A stretch of DNA of 64,000 nucleotides, from positions 320,001-384,000 of the forward strand of contig CAWGYD010000001.1 of the NCBI GenBank assembly GCA_963826785.1, given 5' to 3'. The position numbers were made by a program, and so were the translations under genes. How positions within the stretch are numbered: position 1 is the stretch's first letter; each line of letters begins with the position of its first letter. Shown in pieces: positions 29,816 through 39,430 of this stretch. Source of the stretch: an uncultured delta proteobacterium. Its GTDB lineage: Bacteria > Desulfobacterota > Desulfobacteria > Desulfobacterales > Desulfosalsimonadaceae. The notes beneath the pieces are model-generated. The model worked only from the letters and a program-made list of their open reading frames with translations, ran no database searches and was not told the origin of the DNA.

Positions 29816-30667
29816 ATGATGAAATGGATTTATCAACCCCAGTTCAAAATCGTATTTATCTATATTATACTGGGTCTGGCATGGATATTTTTGTCCGATT
29901 ATGTCACCGACGCATTGTTCGGGGCGGGCGGGTATGTCTCTTATGCCCAGACCGTCAAGGGAATCGTCTTTATCGTTTTTACCGGGCTGCTCCTGTTTTT
30001 TTTGATCAAACGCGATATCGGTGCCGTCACAGCGATAAACCAGAAACTGGTCAAAAGTTACCAGGAGACCATTTGCGGCTGGGTGAATGTTATGGATCTG
30101 CGTCACAAGGAGACGCATGACCATAGCGCGCGCGTGACCATGATGACGCTGGAACTGGCCAAACAAGCCGGCATTACGGATAAAAAAGAACTCGATCACA
30201 TCGAACGGGGTGCCATACTTCACGATATCGGGAAAATCGGCATTCCGGATTCTATTTTGATCAAACCCGACCGGCTGGATGAGAAAGAATGGGTTCAGAT
30301 GAGAAAGCACCCGGGCATCGGGTATGATATCCTGTCGGATATCGATTTTTTGCAGTCGAGCATGGATATTCCTTACTACCATCATGAGAAATGGGATGGC
30401 AGTGGCTATCCATTTGGCCTCAAGGGCGAAGAAATACCCATTGCGGCCAGAATTTTTGCGGTGATCGATGTGTGGGATGCGCTGACCCATGCCCGCGTCT
30501 ACAAGTCCGCCTGGCCGGAAGACAAGGTTCTAAATTACCTGAAAGATCAATCCGGAAAGCATTTCGATCCCAAAGTGGTGCAAATATTTACTGACCATTA
30601 CGATGAGATCAAACAAAGCGCAAAAGCCGCCGGGGCAAATGGGATCAAAACAGGCTGCCAGGCCTGA
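29816..30667 (+). CDS. Membrane-anchored HD-GYP domain phosphodiesterase
   Basis: Two N-terminal TM helices, THDHSARV, LHDIGK, HHEKWDGSGYP and HFDP. Confidence 0.93.
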   Translation: MMKWIYQPQFKIVFIYIILGLAWIFLSDYVTDALFGAGGYVSYAQTVKGIVFIVFTGLLLFFLIKRDIGAVTAINQKLVKSYQETICGWVNVMDLRHKETHDHSARVTMMTLELAKQAGITDKKELDHIERGAILHDIGKIGIPDSILIKPDRLDEKEWVQMRKHPGIGYDILSDIDFLQSSMDIPYYHHEKWDGSGYPFGLKGEEIPIAARIFAVIDVWDALTHARVYKSAWPEDKVLNYLKDQSGKHFDPKVVQIFTDHYDEIKQSAKAAGANGIKTGCQA

Positions 30668-30693
30668 TGGACAATAGATGGTGGGCATACTTT

Positions 30694-30736
30694 TCCTTTC
30701 CGGGGCATCCGCCCTGAAGGGATTGCCCCGGAAAGG
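30694..30736. terminator. GC-rich hairpin downstream of the HD-GYP gene
   Basis: CCTTTCCGGGGCA...TGCCCCGGAAAGG forms a 13-bp stem; no clear U tract. Confidence 0.35.
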
Positions 30737-31046
30737 ATGTTGTACGCCGCCTGGACCGAATCGTTTTTATTCCCGTCCATCTGCGAACTCCCCATTGAGA
30801 GACCGAAAAGCGAAAAGCCCTGTCTGCGTGCAGTATAACTCGCGGTGGCATGCTCTGTTTTTGCCTTGACCACCGGGACGCTTTGCCGTATGTAACGGCT
30901 TTACCAAACTTTGGATAATGAGGCTGGAGAATTTTCTTTTTAAATCAAGGTGATCTGAAAGTCAGACACCCTTTCCGGATGCCCGGCCCTTCGGGTATCG
31001 CGTTAAAATTCCCAGACCCCGACCCTGAAATGGAAGCGATATCAAC

Positions 31047-31938
31047 ATGACTGAACTGTACCGAAACTGGTTTCTGGCCAGCCGCCCCTGGTCATTTACC
31101 ATGACGGCAATGTCCGTGGCGGTGGGCGGGTCCGTTGCGGCCGCCGACGGGCCGTTTTACTGGGGACTGTTTCTGCTCACTTTGATCGGCGCGGTATTCC
31201 TGCATGCGGCCACCAACCTGATCAACGACTACTATGATGTAAAAAGCGGTGTGGACACCATCGAGGTTTCCACCGCCCAGTACCGGCCGCACCCGTTAGT
31301 GGAGGGAAAAATACAGCCCCGCAGCGTGCTGGCGGCCGCTAGTCCTCCTTTTTGCCGTGGCCACCGTGATCGGCCTCTGGCTGGCCGCGGACCGGGGCTG
31401 GCCCCTGGTGGTCATCGGCGTGGTGGGCATCCTGGCCAGCCTCACCTACACCGCCCCGCCCGTCAGCTACAAATACGTGGCCCTGGGGGAATTGTCGGTG
31501 TTTCTGATGTGGGGGCCGCTGATGGTGGAAGGGGCTTATTTCGTCCAGCGGCAGACGTTCAGTGCCGATGCGCTGTGGATCAGCATCCCCTTCGGGGTGA
31601 TCGTGGCCCTGGTCCTGCTGGCCAACAACCTGCGCGACATCAACCACGACAAGAGCCGGGGCATCCGCACCATCGCCATTCTCCTGGGAGCGCAAAAAGG
31701 GTTCTACCTCTATGCGGTGCTGATTTCACTGGCCTACCTGTCCATCCTGGTGATGGTTATTTTCGGGCCGCTTTCACTCTGGTCGCTGCTGGTCTTTTTT
31801 TCGCTGCCCATCGCCGTGAAACTGCTCAAGCTCATGGCCCAAAAGATCCCGGATGATGCCGATGCCCGCACCGCGCAACTCGATACCGCGTTCGGGGCAC
31901 TGCTGGTCATCTCCCTGGTTCTGGGGGCATTGTTATGA
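31047..31938 (+). CDS. menA: 1,4-dihydroxy-2-naphthoate prenyltransferase (UbiA family; apparent frameshift near 31340)
   Basis: Motifs RPWSF, NLINDYYD..SGVD, YTAPP..YKY.ALGE and LLANNLRD..HD...GIRT. Confidence 0.85.
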
Positions 31939-32564
31939 CGCGGGAAAATACCGGCGGATTGGCGGCGGTGACCGGCACGGTGGTACTGGCCGCTGCTTTG
32001 TGGTTTTTCACCTTCTATGTCCAATGGGGCGTTTTCTGGTACAAGATCTCTGTTTCCGCGCTCACCCTGACGGCCCTGTCGTTCGTATTCCAATCCCCCC
32101 GCAAGCTGCACCTGAAATTTGACCTGCGCGCGGCCGCCCTGGGCCTGGCATCCGCTGTTCTGCTGTACCTGGTCTTCTGGGCGGGAAAGACCGTTGCCGC
32201 GATGATCCTGCCCTTTGCCGGCGACCAGATCGGCTCCATTTATGGAAAAGGGGAGGGGACCGCCATCTGGAAAATCGCCCTGCTGCTCTTCTTTGTCACC
32301 GGACCCTGTGAAGAATTCTACTGGCGGGGATTCCTGCAGCGCCGGCTGATGGGCCGGTTCGGAAATCTACAGGGATGGGTCATCGCCACCGTGCTTTATG
32401 CCGGCGTGCATATCTCATCGCTCAATTTCATGCTCATCGGGGCCGCCGGTGTCGCCGGCGCTTTCTGGGGCGCCATGTACTGGCGCTTCAAAGACCTCAC
32501 CCCGGTCATCATCTCCCATTCCATCTGGAGTACGGTTATTTTTGCCATTCTCCCGGTGCCGTAG
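31935..32564 (+). CDS. CPBP (CAAX/Abi) family intramembrane protease
   Basis: EEFYWRG, YAGVH and ISHSIW. ATGA overlap with menA. Confidence 0.9.
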   Translation: MTRENTGGLAAVTGTVVLAAALWFFTFYVQWGVFWYKISVSALTLTALSFVFQSPRKLHLKFDLRAAALGLASAVLLYLVFWAGKTVAAMILPFAGDQIGSIYGKGEGTAIWKIALLLFFVTGPCEEFYWRGFLQRRLMGRFGNLQGWVIATVLYAGVHISSLNFMLIGAAGVAGAFWGAMYWRFKDLTPVIISHSIWSTVIFAILPVP

Positions 32565-32793
32565 GGACACCCCCCAAGCCCCCCTCAAGGGGGGAATAAA
32601 AAAGGGAGGCCCCCTCAAGGGGGGAATTGGAAAGGAGTCCCCCTCAAGGGGGGAATAAAAAAGGGAGGCCCCCTTGAGGGGGCTTGGGGGGCTTGGGGGG
32701 GGATTTGATCGTAATTTCAAGTCCTAATCCCCCCTTGAGGGGGGCAGGGGGGTGTCCTTTCGGCTGCCGCTGAAAAGTTCCTTCCTGTAAAAA
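32565..32793. repeat. REP-like G/C-run palindromic repeat cluster, copy 2
   Basis: CCCCCTCAAGGGGGGAAT occurs three times at ~30-bp spacing, followed by inverted CCCCTTGAGGGGGG units. Shares 53-nt and 21-nt blocks with 699-795. Confidence 0.9.
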
Positions 32794-32813
32794 AGAGCGC
32801 ATGAGGCATTCAC

Positions 32814-33589
32814 ATGATCGGTGCCATTGCCGGCGATATCATCGGCTCCGTGTATGAGCACTTCCCCATCAAAACCAAGGATTTTCCCCTCTTTGATCCC
32901 GCATGCCGCTTTACCGATGACAGTGTTCTGACCATTGCCGTGGCCAGCGCCATTCTCACCGGCCAATCATACGAGCGGCCATCCGGGAGATCGGCCGGCG
33001 CTACCCCGACGCGGGATATGGCGGCTCGTTTATCCGCTGGTTGTTTTCGGACCACCCGCAGCCCTACAACAGCTGGGGAAACGGTGCGGCCATGCGGGTC
33101 AGTCCAATCGGGTTTGCCTTCTCAACCGAAGACGAAGTGCTGGAGGCGGCCGGGAAAAGTGCCTCGATCACCCACGACCACCCCGAGGGCATCAAGGGCG
33201 CCCGGGCCACCGCACTGGCGGTCTTTCTGGCCCGGACAGGGCACCCGAAGGAGACCATCCGCTCCACGATCGGCCGGCGTTTCGGGTATCATCTGACCCG
33301 GGACGTCGACGAAATCCGCCCCGGCTATGCGTTTAATATTTCCTGCCAGAAAACCGTGCCCGAGGCCATCATCGCCTTTCTCGATTCCGACTCCTATGAG
33401 GACGCCGTCCGCAATGCGGTATCGCTGGGCGGGGACAGCGATACCCTGGCCTGCATCACCGGCGGCATCGCAGAGGCTTTCTACGGGGGCGTGCCCGATT
33501 CCATCCGGGAAAAAGTACGGGGCATCCTTCCCCCGGACCTGATGCAAATCGCCGAAACCTTCTGCAGGCAATTTGGAAATCGGGCCTAA
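32814..33589 (+). CDS. ADP-ribosylglycohydrolase family protein (apparent frameshift near 32978)
   Basis: Motifs GAIAGDIIGS, FTDD, GNGAAMRVSP, ITHDH and GGDSDT. Confidence 0.9.
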
Positions 33590-33789
33590 AGCATAATTTT
33601 AACAGAATTCCCCGGGTTGAATGCGGAAAGGCGAAAATGCCGATCGCCATAAATGAGTTGCAGGCCGTTTGAAAAACAGAGATAATCTGTTTGATCTGAA
33701 TCGAGCAGATAAAAGATGGCAGGCAGCAGAATTTTTTCCGACAATGCGGTTTCCCCAACACAAAAAGAACCCACATCAAGGAGGCGGTG

Positions 33790-35799
33790 ATGGCTTTTGC
33801 ATACCAGCAGGAAGATACCCAGTCCGGGCTTTTTTTCAGGCAGGCGGAGAATTTCAGCAATGACGTGTTCATGCGGGCCAAAATCAAAGACGGCATTTCC
33901 TGCGATGAATGGATCGACACCACCTGGGGGAAAGCCGCACAGGAGGCGCGCTGCATGGGGGCCGGGCTGATCGAAATGGGGATCGGCAAAAATGACCGGG
34001 TCGGGATTTTCTCCCACAACCGGCCCCGGTGGGTCATCGCGGATCTGGCGATTCAGGGGGCCGGCGCTGTCGGCGTGCCCATCTATCCCACCAGCACCGA
34101 TCACCAGCTGTCGTTTATTTTAAACGACTGCGAGGCAAAGGCGGTGATTTCCGGGGACGAATCGCTTCTGGAGCAGGTCCTTCGGGTCCTGCCGGAAGTG
34201 CCAACGCTTAAATTCATCGGATGCCTCTCCCCGGTCAAAAAAGCCGTGGACGACCGGGTTATCGATTTTGATGCCCTGGTGAAGAAGGGGGCGGATTCCG
34301 CTTCCGGCCTGGCGGCGTTTAAGAAAAGAAGCGATCAATTGAAGGCGGAAGATACCGCAGCCATCATTTATACTTCAGGAACCACCGGAAACCCCAAGGG
34401 GGTCGTGCTGAGCCAGGCCAATTTCAAGGCCCAGACCGATGTGCTTCTGAGCACGCCGCTTCCCCAGAAGATCATGGAGCGCAATATCCGCCTGGAAAGC
34501 CTCTGCTTTCTCCCCCTGTGTCATGTCATGGGCAGGGCGACCGATTACCACATGCAGATGGCCATGGGGACGACGATCAATTTCGCCGAAGGCATCAAGA
34601 CCATTCAAAAAGATCTCCTGGAGGTTCGTCCCAATATCTTCTTTTCCGTGCCGCGGCTTTACGAGAAAATTTATGAAGGCGTGAATCTGCATGCCCGGAA
34701 GCTGACGGGTTTTTCAAAAAAGATGTACGACTGGGCCATCAAGACCGGCGATGTGGCCTCGGATCACATGATCGAAGGGACGCCGCTTCCTCCGGCGCTC
34801 GGTCTGAAATTCGCCCTGGCCAACGTCATGGTGTACGACAAGATTCGCAAGATGACCGGCTTTGACCGCCTGGTGGTGGCGGGCAGCGGGGGGGCCGCCC
34901 TTCCCAGGGATATCGCCAAATTTTTCCGCAGCATGAACATCACCATCACCGAAGGGTATGGGCTGACGGAAACCACATCGGCCATCACCTCGAACGCGCC
35001 CATATTCACGGAGCCCCTGCCGGATAAATGGATTTACAAAAAGGCGATGGACTGGCTCGTGGATACCATGGTGATCATGCAGGGAAGCGGCAAAAGCCCC
35101 TTTAAGACCCTCAAAGGGGGCCTCAAGATGACCGTCGTCTCGAAGCTGATTTCGCCGCGTTTTATCATCAAGCCCGGATTTGTCGGCCGGCCCTGCAAGG
35201 ATACGGAAATCAAAATCGCCGAAGACGGCGAGGTGCTGGCAAGAGGGCCCCAGGTGTTCTGTCGGGAGAGCGGCTATTTCAACCAAAGCGGCAAAACAGA
35301 AGAGGTGTTCACCAAAGACGGCTTCTTTAAAACAGGCGATATCGGGGAGATCGATGAAGACGGCTTCCTGAAAATAACGGATCGCAAGAAGGAGCTCATC
35401 GTGACCTCCGGGGGAAAGAACATCGCCCCGCACCCCATCGAAATGGCGCTCAACCTGAACATGTATGTGGATCAGGCCTGCATCATCGGGGACGGCCGCA
35501 ATTACATCACCGCCCTGATCGTCCCGCATTATGCGCTTCTCGAAGAAATGGCCCGGGAGAAGGGGATCTCCTATGACACGATGGCCGGCCTGCTCCGCTC
35601 CCCTGAGATCGTCGGATTTTTCGATGAGCAGGTAAAAAAAGTCAACGAGGGACTGGCCCGCTATGAGCAGATCAAAAAATACTGCCTGCTGGCCGCGCCC
35701 TTCAGCGAGGAAACGGGTGAGCTCACCCCCACCCAGAAGATGAAGCGCAGAATCATATTCGAAAAATACAAGCCCGAAATCGATGCGCTGTACCAATAA
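33790..35799 (+). CDS. Long-chain fatty acid--CoA ligase (AMP-binding) with internal insertion
   Basis: IIYTSGTTGNPKG, LPLCH, GYGLTET, TGDIG, TDRKKELIVTSGGKNIAP and ELTPTQK. RBS AAGGAGG. Confidence 0.93.
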   Translation: MAFAYQQEDTQSGLFFRQAENFSNDVFMRAKIKDGISCDEWIDTTWGKAAQEARCMGAGLIEMGIGKNDRVGIFSHNRPRWVIADLAIQGAGAVGVPIYPTSTDHQLSFILNDCEAKAVISGDESLLEQVLRVLPEVPTLKFIGCLSPVKKAVDDRVIDFDALVKKGADSASGLAAFKKRSDQLKAEDTAAIIYTSGTTGNPKGVVLSQANFKAQTDVLLSTPLPQKIMERNIRLESLCFLPLCHVMGRATDYHMQMAMGTTINFAEGIKTIQKDLLEVRPNIFFSVPRLYEKIYEGVNLHARKLTGFSKKMYDWAIKTGDVASDHMIEGTPLPPALGLKFALANVMVYDKIRKMTGFDRLVVAGSGGAALPRDIAKFFRSMNITITEGYGLTETTSAITSNAPIFTEPLPDKWIYKKAMDWLVDTMVIMQGSGKSPFKTLKGGLKMTVVSKLISPRFIIKPGFVGRPCKDTEIKIAEDGEVLARGPQVFCRESGYFNQSGKTEEVFTKDGFFKTGDIGEIDEDGFLKITDRKKELIVTSGGKNIAPHPIEMALNLNMYVDQACIIGDGRNYITALIVPHYALLEEMAREKGISYDTMAGLLRSPEIVGFFDEQVKKVNEGLARYEQIKKYCLLAAPFSEETGELTPTQKMKRRIIFEKYKPEIDALYQ

Positions 35800-35812
35800 G
35801 AAGATAAGCTGA

Positions 35813-37651
35813 TCAATACATCGCTTCGATCATGTCCGAAAAGGCCTGGTTGACGTATTTTCGTTTCACCTTCAGGGTGGGGGTGACTTCCCCGTCTTCT
35901 TCGTAGAGCTTCTTGGGGAGTATGGTGAACCTGCGGATGTTTTCCACCCGGGCCAGGGCCGAATTCACCTGCTCGATTTCCCGGCCGATCAGTTCGTTCA
36001 CCTTTCGGTGCTGCGCCAGGTCCCGGTAGGTGGAAAACTGAATTTTTGCGTCCTGGGCGAATTTCACCACGTTGTCCTCGTCGATCATGATCAGTGCGGT
36101 CAAATACTTGCGCCGATCTCCGATGACCACGGCATCGTTGATGTAGATGCTGGCCTTTAGCATGTTTTCGATGTACTGGGGTGAAATATTCTTACCGCCG
36201 GCCGTGATGATGATGTCTTTTTTCCGGTCTGTAATTTTCAAAAAGCCATCTTCATCCATGGTCCCCACGTCACCCGAGTGCAGCCATCCGTCCACCAGAG
36301 TCTCGCCTGTGGCCGTCTCGTTTTTGAAATATCCCGCAAACACACCCGGTGATTTCACCAGGATCTCTCCATCTTCGGCAATTTTTACTTCCGTTCCCGG
36401 TACCGGGGTGCCCACGGTGCCGAATCGTGTTTTTCCCACCCGGGAAGCGCAGGTAACCCCGGTCCCTTCCGTCTGCCCGTATCCTTCGACCAGGTCAAGC
36501 CCAATGGATTGATAGAAATGAAGGACATTGGGCGAAATGGGTGCCGCGCCGGAATAGGCGACCCGGATCCGTTCAAACCCGAGCCTTTCTTTTAGTTTGC
36601 GGAAGACGGCCAGATGGGCGATTCGGAACAAAATCTCCAGACCGAAGGGGACTTTCTGTGAATTCATCTGAAAGAGGGCCCGGCGCTGTCCGATTTTTAA
36701 CGCCGCATGAAATGCCAGCCGTTTCATGCGGGTGGCATCCGACATCCGGATCAGTATGCCCGAATAATATTTTTCCCAGATGCGCGGGACGGCATATCCC
36801 ACTGTGGGGGATACCTCGACCATGTTGTCGGTAATCGTGTCCGGTTTTTCGACGAAGTTCACCACGTAGCCGTGCCGGATATGGGCGAATACGGAAAAGA
36901 GGCGTTCGAAGATGTGGCACAGGGGCAGGAAGGAAAGGACCTCGTCTTTTTCGTGCATGGGGTTTTGGCTTTCGATGGCCTCGGCCATCCAGGTGACATT
37001 CCGGTGGGTCAGCATGGCCCCCTTGGGCGGTCCGGTGGTGCCCGAGGTGTAGATCAGAACGCACAGGTCGCCGGGAGACAGGTTGTCGCTGCGCGCATCC
37101 ACCTTTTGCAGGTCCAGCTTCCTTCCGTGTTCGACCAGTGCCTCATAGGACATCACCATCGGGTCATCAAACTCCCGCAGTCCCTTGGTGTCCCAGACAA
37201 TGACCTTTTTAAGCCCCGGCGCGCGATCCCGGAAATTGAGCCACTTATCCAGCTGCTCTTCATTTTCGGCGAACAGGAAAACCGACTCGGAGTGGGTGAC
37301 CACGTATTCGACCTCCTGCCAGGCGTTGGTCGTGTAAATGCCCACTGAAACACCGCCGGCGCACTGGACCCCCATGTCGATCATCACCCATTCGGGGCAG
37401 TTGTCGCCGATCACCGAAACACAGCCCCCCGGGGGCAGCCCCAGGTCAATCAGGGCGGCCCCGATCTGCCGGGCGGTCTGGTAATAGCGGTTCCACGAAA
37501 TATCGTGCCACACCCCGTATTTCTTGTGGCGCAAGGCAACCGCATCACCTTTGGCGCGTGTCATGCGTTTAAACACCTCAGGGGTGGTCGGCCGCTGCGT
37601 CGATGCGTTTTTCACTCCGGTTTTCACTCTGGGTCCTGCAGGATCCTTCAT
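35813..37651 (-). CDS. Long-chain fatty acid--CoA ligase (AMP-binding)
   Basis: IYTSGTTGPPKG, GYGQTE, SGDVG and TDRKKDIIITAGGKNISP. TAATG coupling to the upstream ATPase gene. Confidence 0.93.
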   Translation of the reverse strand: MKDPAGPRVKTGVKNASTQRPTTPEVFKRMTRAKGDAVALRHKKYGVWHDISWNRYYQTARQIGAALIDLGLPPGGCVSVIGDNCPEWVMIDMGVQCAGGVSVGIYTTNAWQEVEYVVTHSESVFLFAENEEQLDKWLNFRDRAPGLKKVIVWDTKGLREFDDPMVMSYEALVEHGRKLDLQKVDARSDNLSPGDLCVLIYTSGTTGPPKGAMLTHRNVTWMAEAIESQNPMHEKDEVLSFLPLCHIFERLFSVFAHIRHGYVVNFVEKPDTITDNMVEVSPTVGYAVPRIWEKYYSGILIRMSDATRMKRLAFHAALKIGQRRALFQMNSQKVPFGLEILFRIAHLAVFRKLKERLGFERIRVAYSGAAPISPNVLHFYQSIGLDLVEGYGQTEGTGVTCASRVGKTRFGTVGTPVPGTEVKIAEDGEILVKSPGVFAGYFKNETATGETLVDGWLHSGDVGTMDEDGFLKITDRKKDIIITAGGKNISPQYIENMLKASIYINDAVVIGDRRKYLTALIMIDEDNVVKFAQDAKIQFSTYRDLAQHRKVNELIGREIEQVNSALARVENIRRFTILPKKLYEEDGEVTPTLKVKRKYVNQAFSDMIEAMY

Positions 37652-38418
37652 TAACGCCACACCTTTTTTCGTTTCCACCGCTGGTAGCCCTTGGCCGATT
37701 CCTGCGATCGCATGCCCATGTAAAATTCCCTGACGTTTTCATCCTTCATCAGTTCGCTCGATCTGCCCGTGAGGACGAATCGCCCGTTTTCGAGGATCAG
37801 TGCATGGTCGGATATCTCCAGGGCCTTGCGGGCGTTTTGCTCCACCAGCAGAATGGTGACCCCTTCCCGGTTGATCTGGCCGATGATCCTGAAAATTTCT
37901 TTGACCAGCAGCGGTGAAAGTCCCAGGGAGGGCTCATCGAGAAAAAGAAGCCGCGGACGGCTCATTAACGCCCTGCCCATGGCCAGCATCTGCTGCTCCC
38001 CTCCGGAGAGGGTGCCCGCCCACTGGTTGATTCGCTGGGAAAGCACCGGGAAATAGGCGAAGATCCGGTTAAAATCACGATCAATGCCTTTTTTGTCCTT
38101 GCGGATGTATGCCCCCATCATCAGGTTTTCGCGGACCGTGAGTTCCTCGAATACTTCGCGGCCCTCGGGAACACAGGAAATCCCCAGCCGGACAATCTGC
38201 TCCGTATCCAAACCATCGATCCGCCGGCCTTCAAATTCGATCGTCCCTTTATCCGGCTGATCCTTGAGAAGCCCCATGACGGTTCGTAAAATAGTGGTTT
38301 TTCCCGCCCCATTGTTGCCGAGAATGGCGGTGATGCTCCCTTCCGCGACACTCAGCGAAGCGCCCCGGATCGCATAGATCAGGTCGTAATAGGTCTCGAT
38401 GTTTTTTATTTCAAGCAT
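37651..38418 (-). CDS. livF: Liv-type ABC transporter ATP-binding protein
   Basis: GNNGAGKTT, VPEGR, LSGGEQQML and DEPSLGLSP. Confidence 0.9.
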   Translation of the reverse strand: MLEIKNIETYYDLIYAIRGASLSVAEGSITAILGNNGAGKTTILRTVMGLLKDQPDKGTIEFEGRRIDGLDTEQIVRLGISCVPEGREVFEELTVRENLMMGAYIRKDKKGIDRDFNRIFAYFPVLSQRINQWAGTLSGGEQQMLAMGRALMSRPRLLFLDEPSLGLSPLLVKEIFRIIGQINREGVTILLVEQNARKALEISDHALILENGRFVLTGRSSELMKDENVREFYMGMRSQESAKGYQRWKRKKVWR

Positions 38419-38523
38419 TCAGCCCTTTTCGTCAATAAATGGGATGATTTTGCACCCGTATGCGGCCGCCCCATGATCCCGGCCCCCAGCAAACCCGATT
38501 GCTCGGTCCTGGTGAAAATCGTT

Positions 38524-39354
38524 TCAGTCAGCTGAAATGACATCCGGGAGCACGGGCTCCGGAGCGCTGTCTGCTTCTGCGTCATCGGCTTCCCCGAGAT
38601 AGGCCGTGAGGACATCGGGGTGTATCCTCACCGCATCGGGAGTCCCTTCGGCAATGGGGCGCCCGAAATTCAGGGCCAGTATCCGGTCGGATATGTCCAT
38701 CACCATGTTCATGTCGTGTTCGATGAGCAGGATGGTGATGCCGAGTTCATCCTGGATATCCTTGATCCAGAAAATCATGTCCTGTTTTTCTTCGGCGTTC
38801 ATCCCGGCACAGGGCTCATCCAGCAAAAGCAGTTCGGGTTCGGCGGCAAGCGCCCGGCCGAGTTCGATTTTTTTCTGGATGCCGTAGGCAAGGCCCCCCA
38901 CCATCTTATTCCGGACCGCCTGGAGTTCCAGCAGATCGATGATCTCCTCCACCTTGCGCCGGTGGGCGATTTCCTCTTTTCCCGCAAACGAATGTTTCCC
39001 CCACATCAATCCGCCCCGGAACAGCCCGGTTTTCATGAACAGGTGCCGGCCCAGCATGATATTTTCCATGGTGTTCATCTTGGAAAACAGCTCGATATTC
39101 TGAAATGTCCGGGCGATCCCCGCCTGGGCCACCTGGTAGGGCTTTTTCCCCTGCATGTTCCGGCCCTTGAAAATGACACTGCCCGCCGATGGGGGATAAA
39201 TGCCGTTGATGCAGTTGAACATGGTGGTTTTGCCTGCACCGTTGGGGCCGATGATGGCATAAACCTCTCCTTTGCCGACTTCGAAGGTGACGCCGTCCAG
39301 GGCAGTCAAGCCGCCGAAGGACATGGAAAGGGATTGTACCGCAAAAAATGTCAT
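38524..39354 (-). CDS. livG: Liv-type ABC transporter ATP-binding protein
   Basis: FGGL.AL, GPNGAGKTT, ARTFQN, IEHDM and AYLG. Confidence 0.9.
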   Translation of the reverse strand: MTFFAVQSLSMSFGGLTALDGVTFEVGKGEVYAIIGPNGAGKTTMFNCINGIYPPSAGSVIFKGRNMQGKKPYQVAQAGIARTFQNIELFSKMNTMENIMLGRHLFMKTGLFRGGLMWGKHSFAGKEEIAHRRKVEEIIDLLELQAVRNKMVGGLAYGIQKKIELGRALAAEPELLLLDEPCAGMNAEEKQDMIFWIKDIQDELGITILLIEHDMNMVMDISDRILALNFGRPIAEGTPDAVRIHPDVLTAYLGEADDAEADSAPEPVLPDVISAD

Positions 39355-39430
39355 GCGCGGATCTCCCGGGATGAGGGGAGTTCAGCGAATCTGAAATCCC
39401 CCCATCTTGTTTGGGGCTCCCAAAAGACCA

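Noticed and set aside
30940..31030. Hairpins upstream of menA as a riboswitch
   Set aside because: No recognisable aptamer consensus; an Rfam/Infernal search would be needed.
32565..32793. Possible CRISPR array
   Set aside because: Spacers are only 11-12 nt and repeat themselves, units invert, and there are no cas genes in the window.
32814..33589. ADP-ribosylglycohydrolase as DraG or as a toxin-antitoxin immunity gene
   Set aside because: No draT, nif or ADP-ribosyltransferase partner is nearby.
34996..35175. Intein in the acyl-CoA ligase
   Set aside because: Too short, and it lacks the C/S start and HN-C/S/T end.
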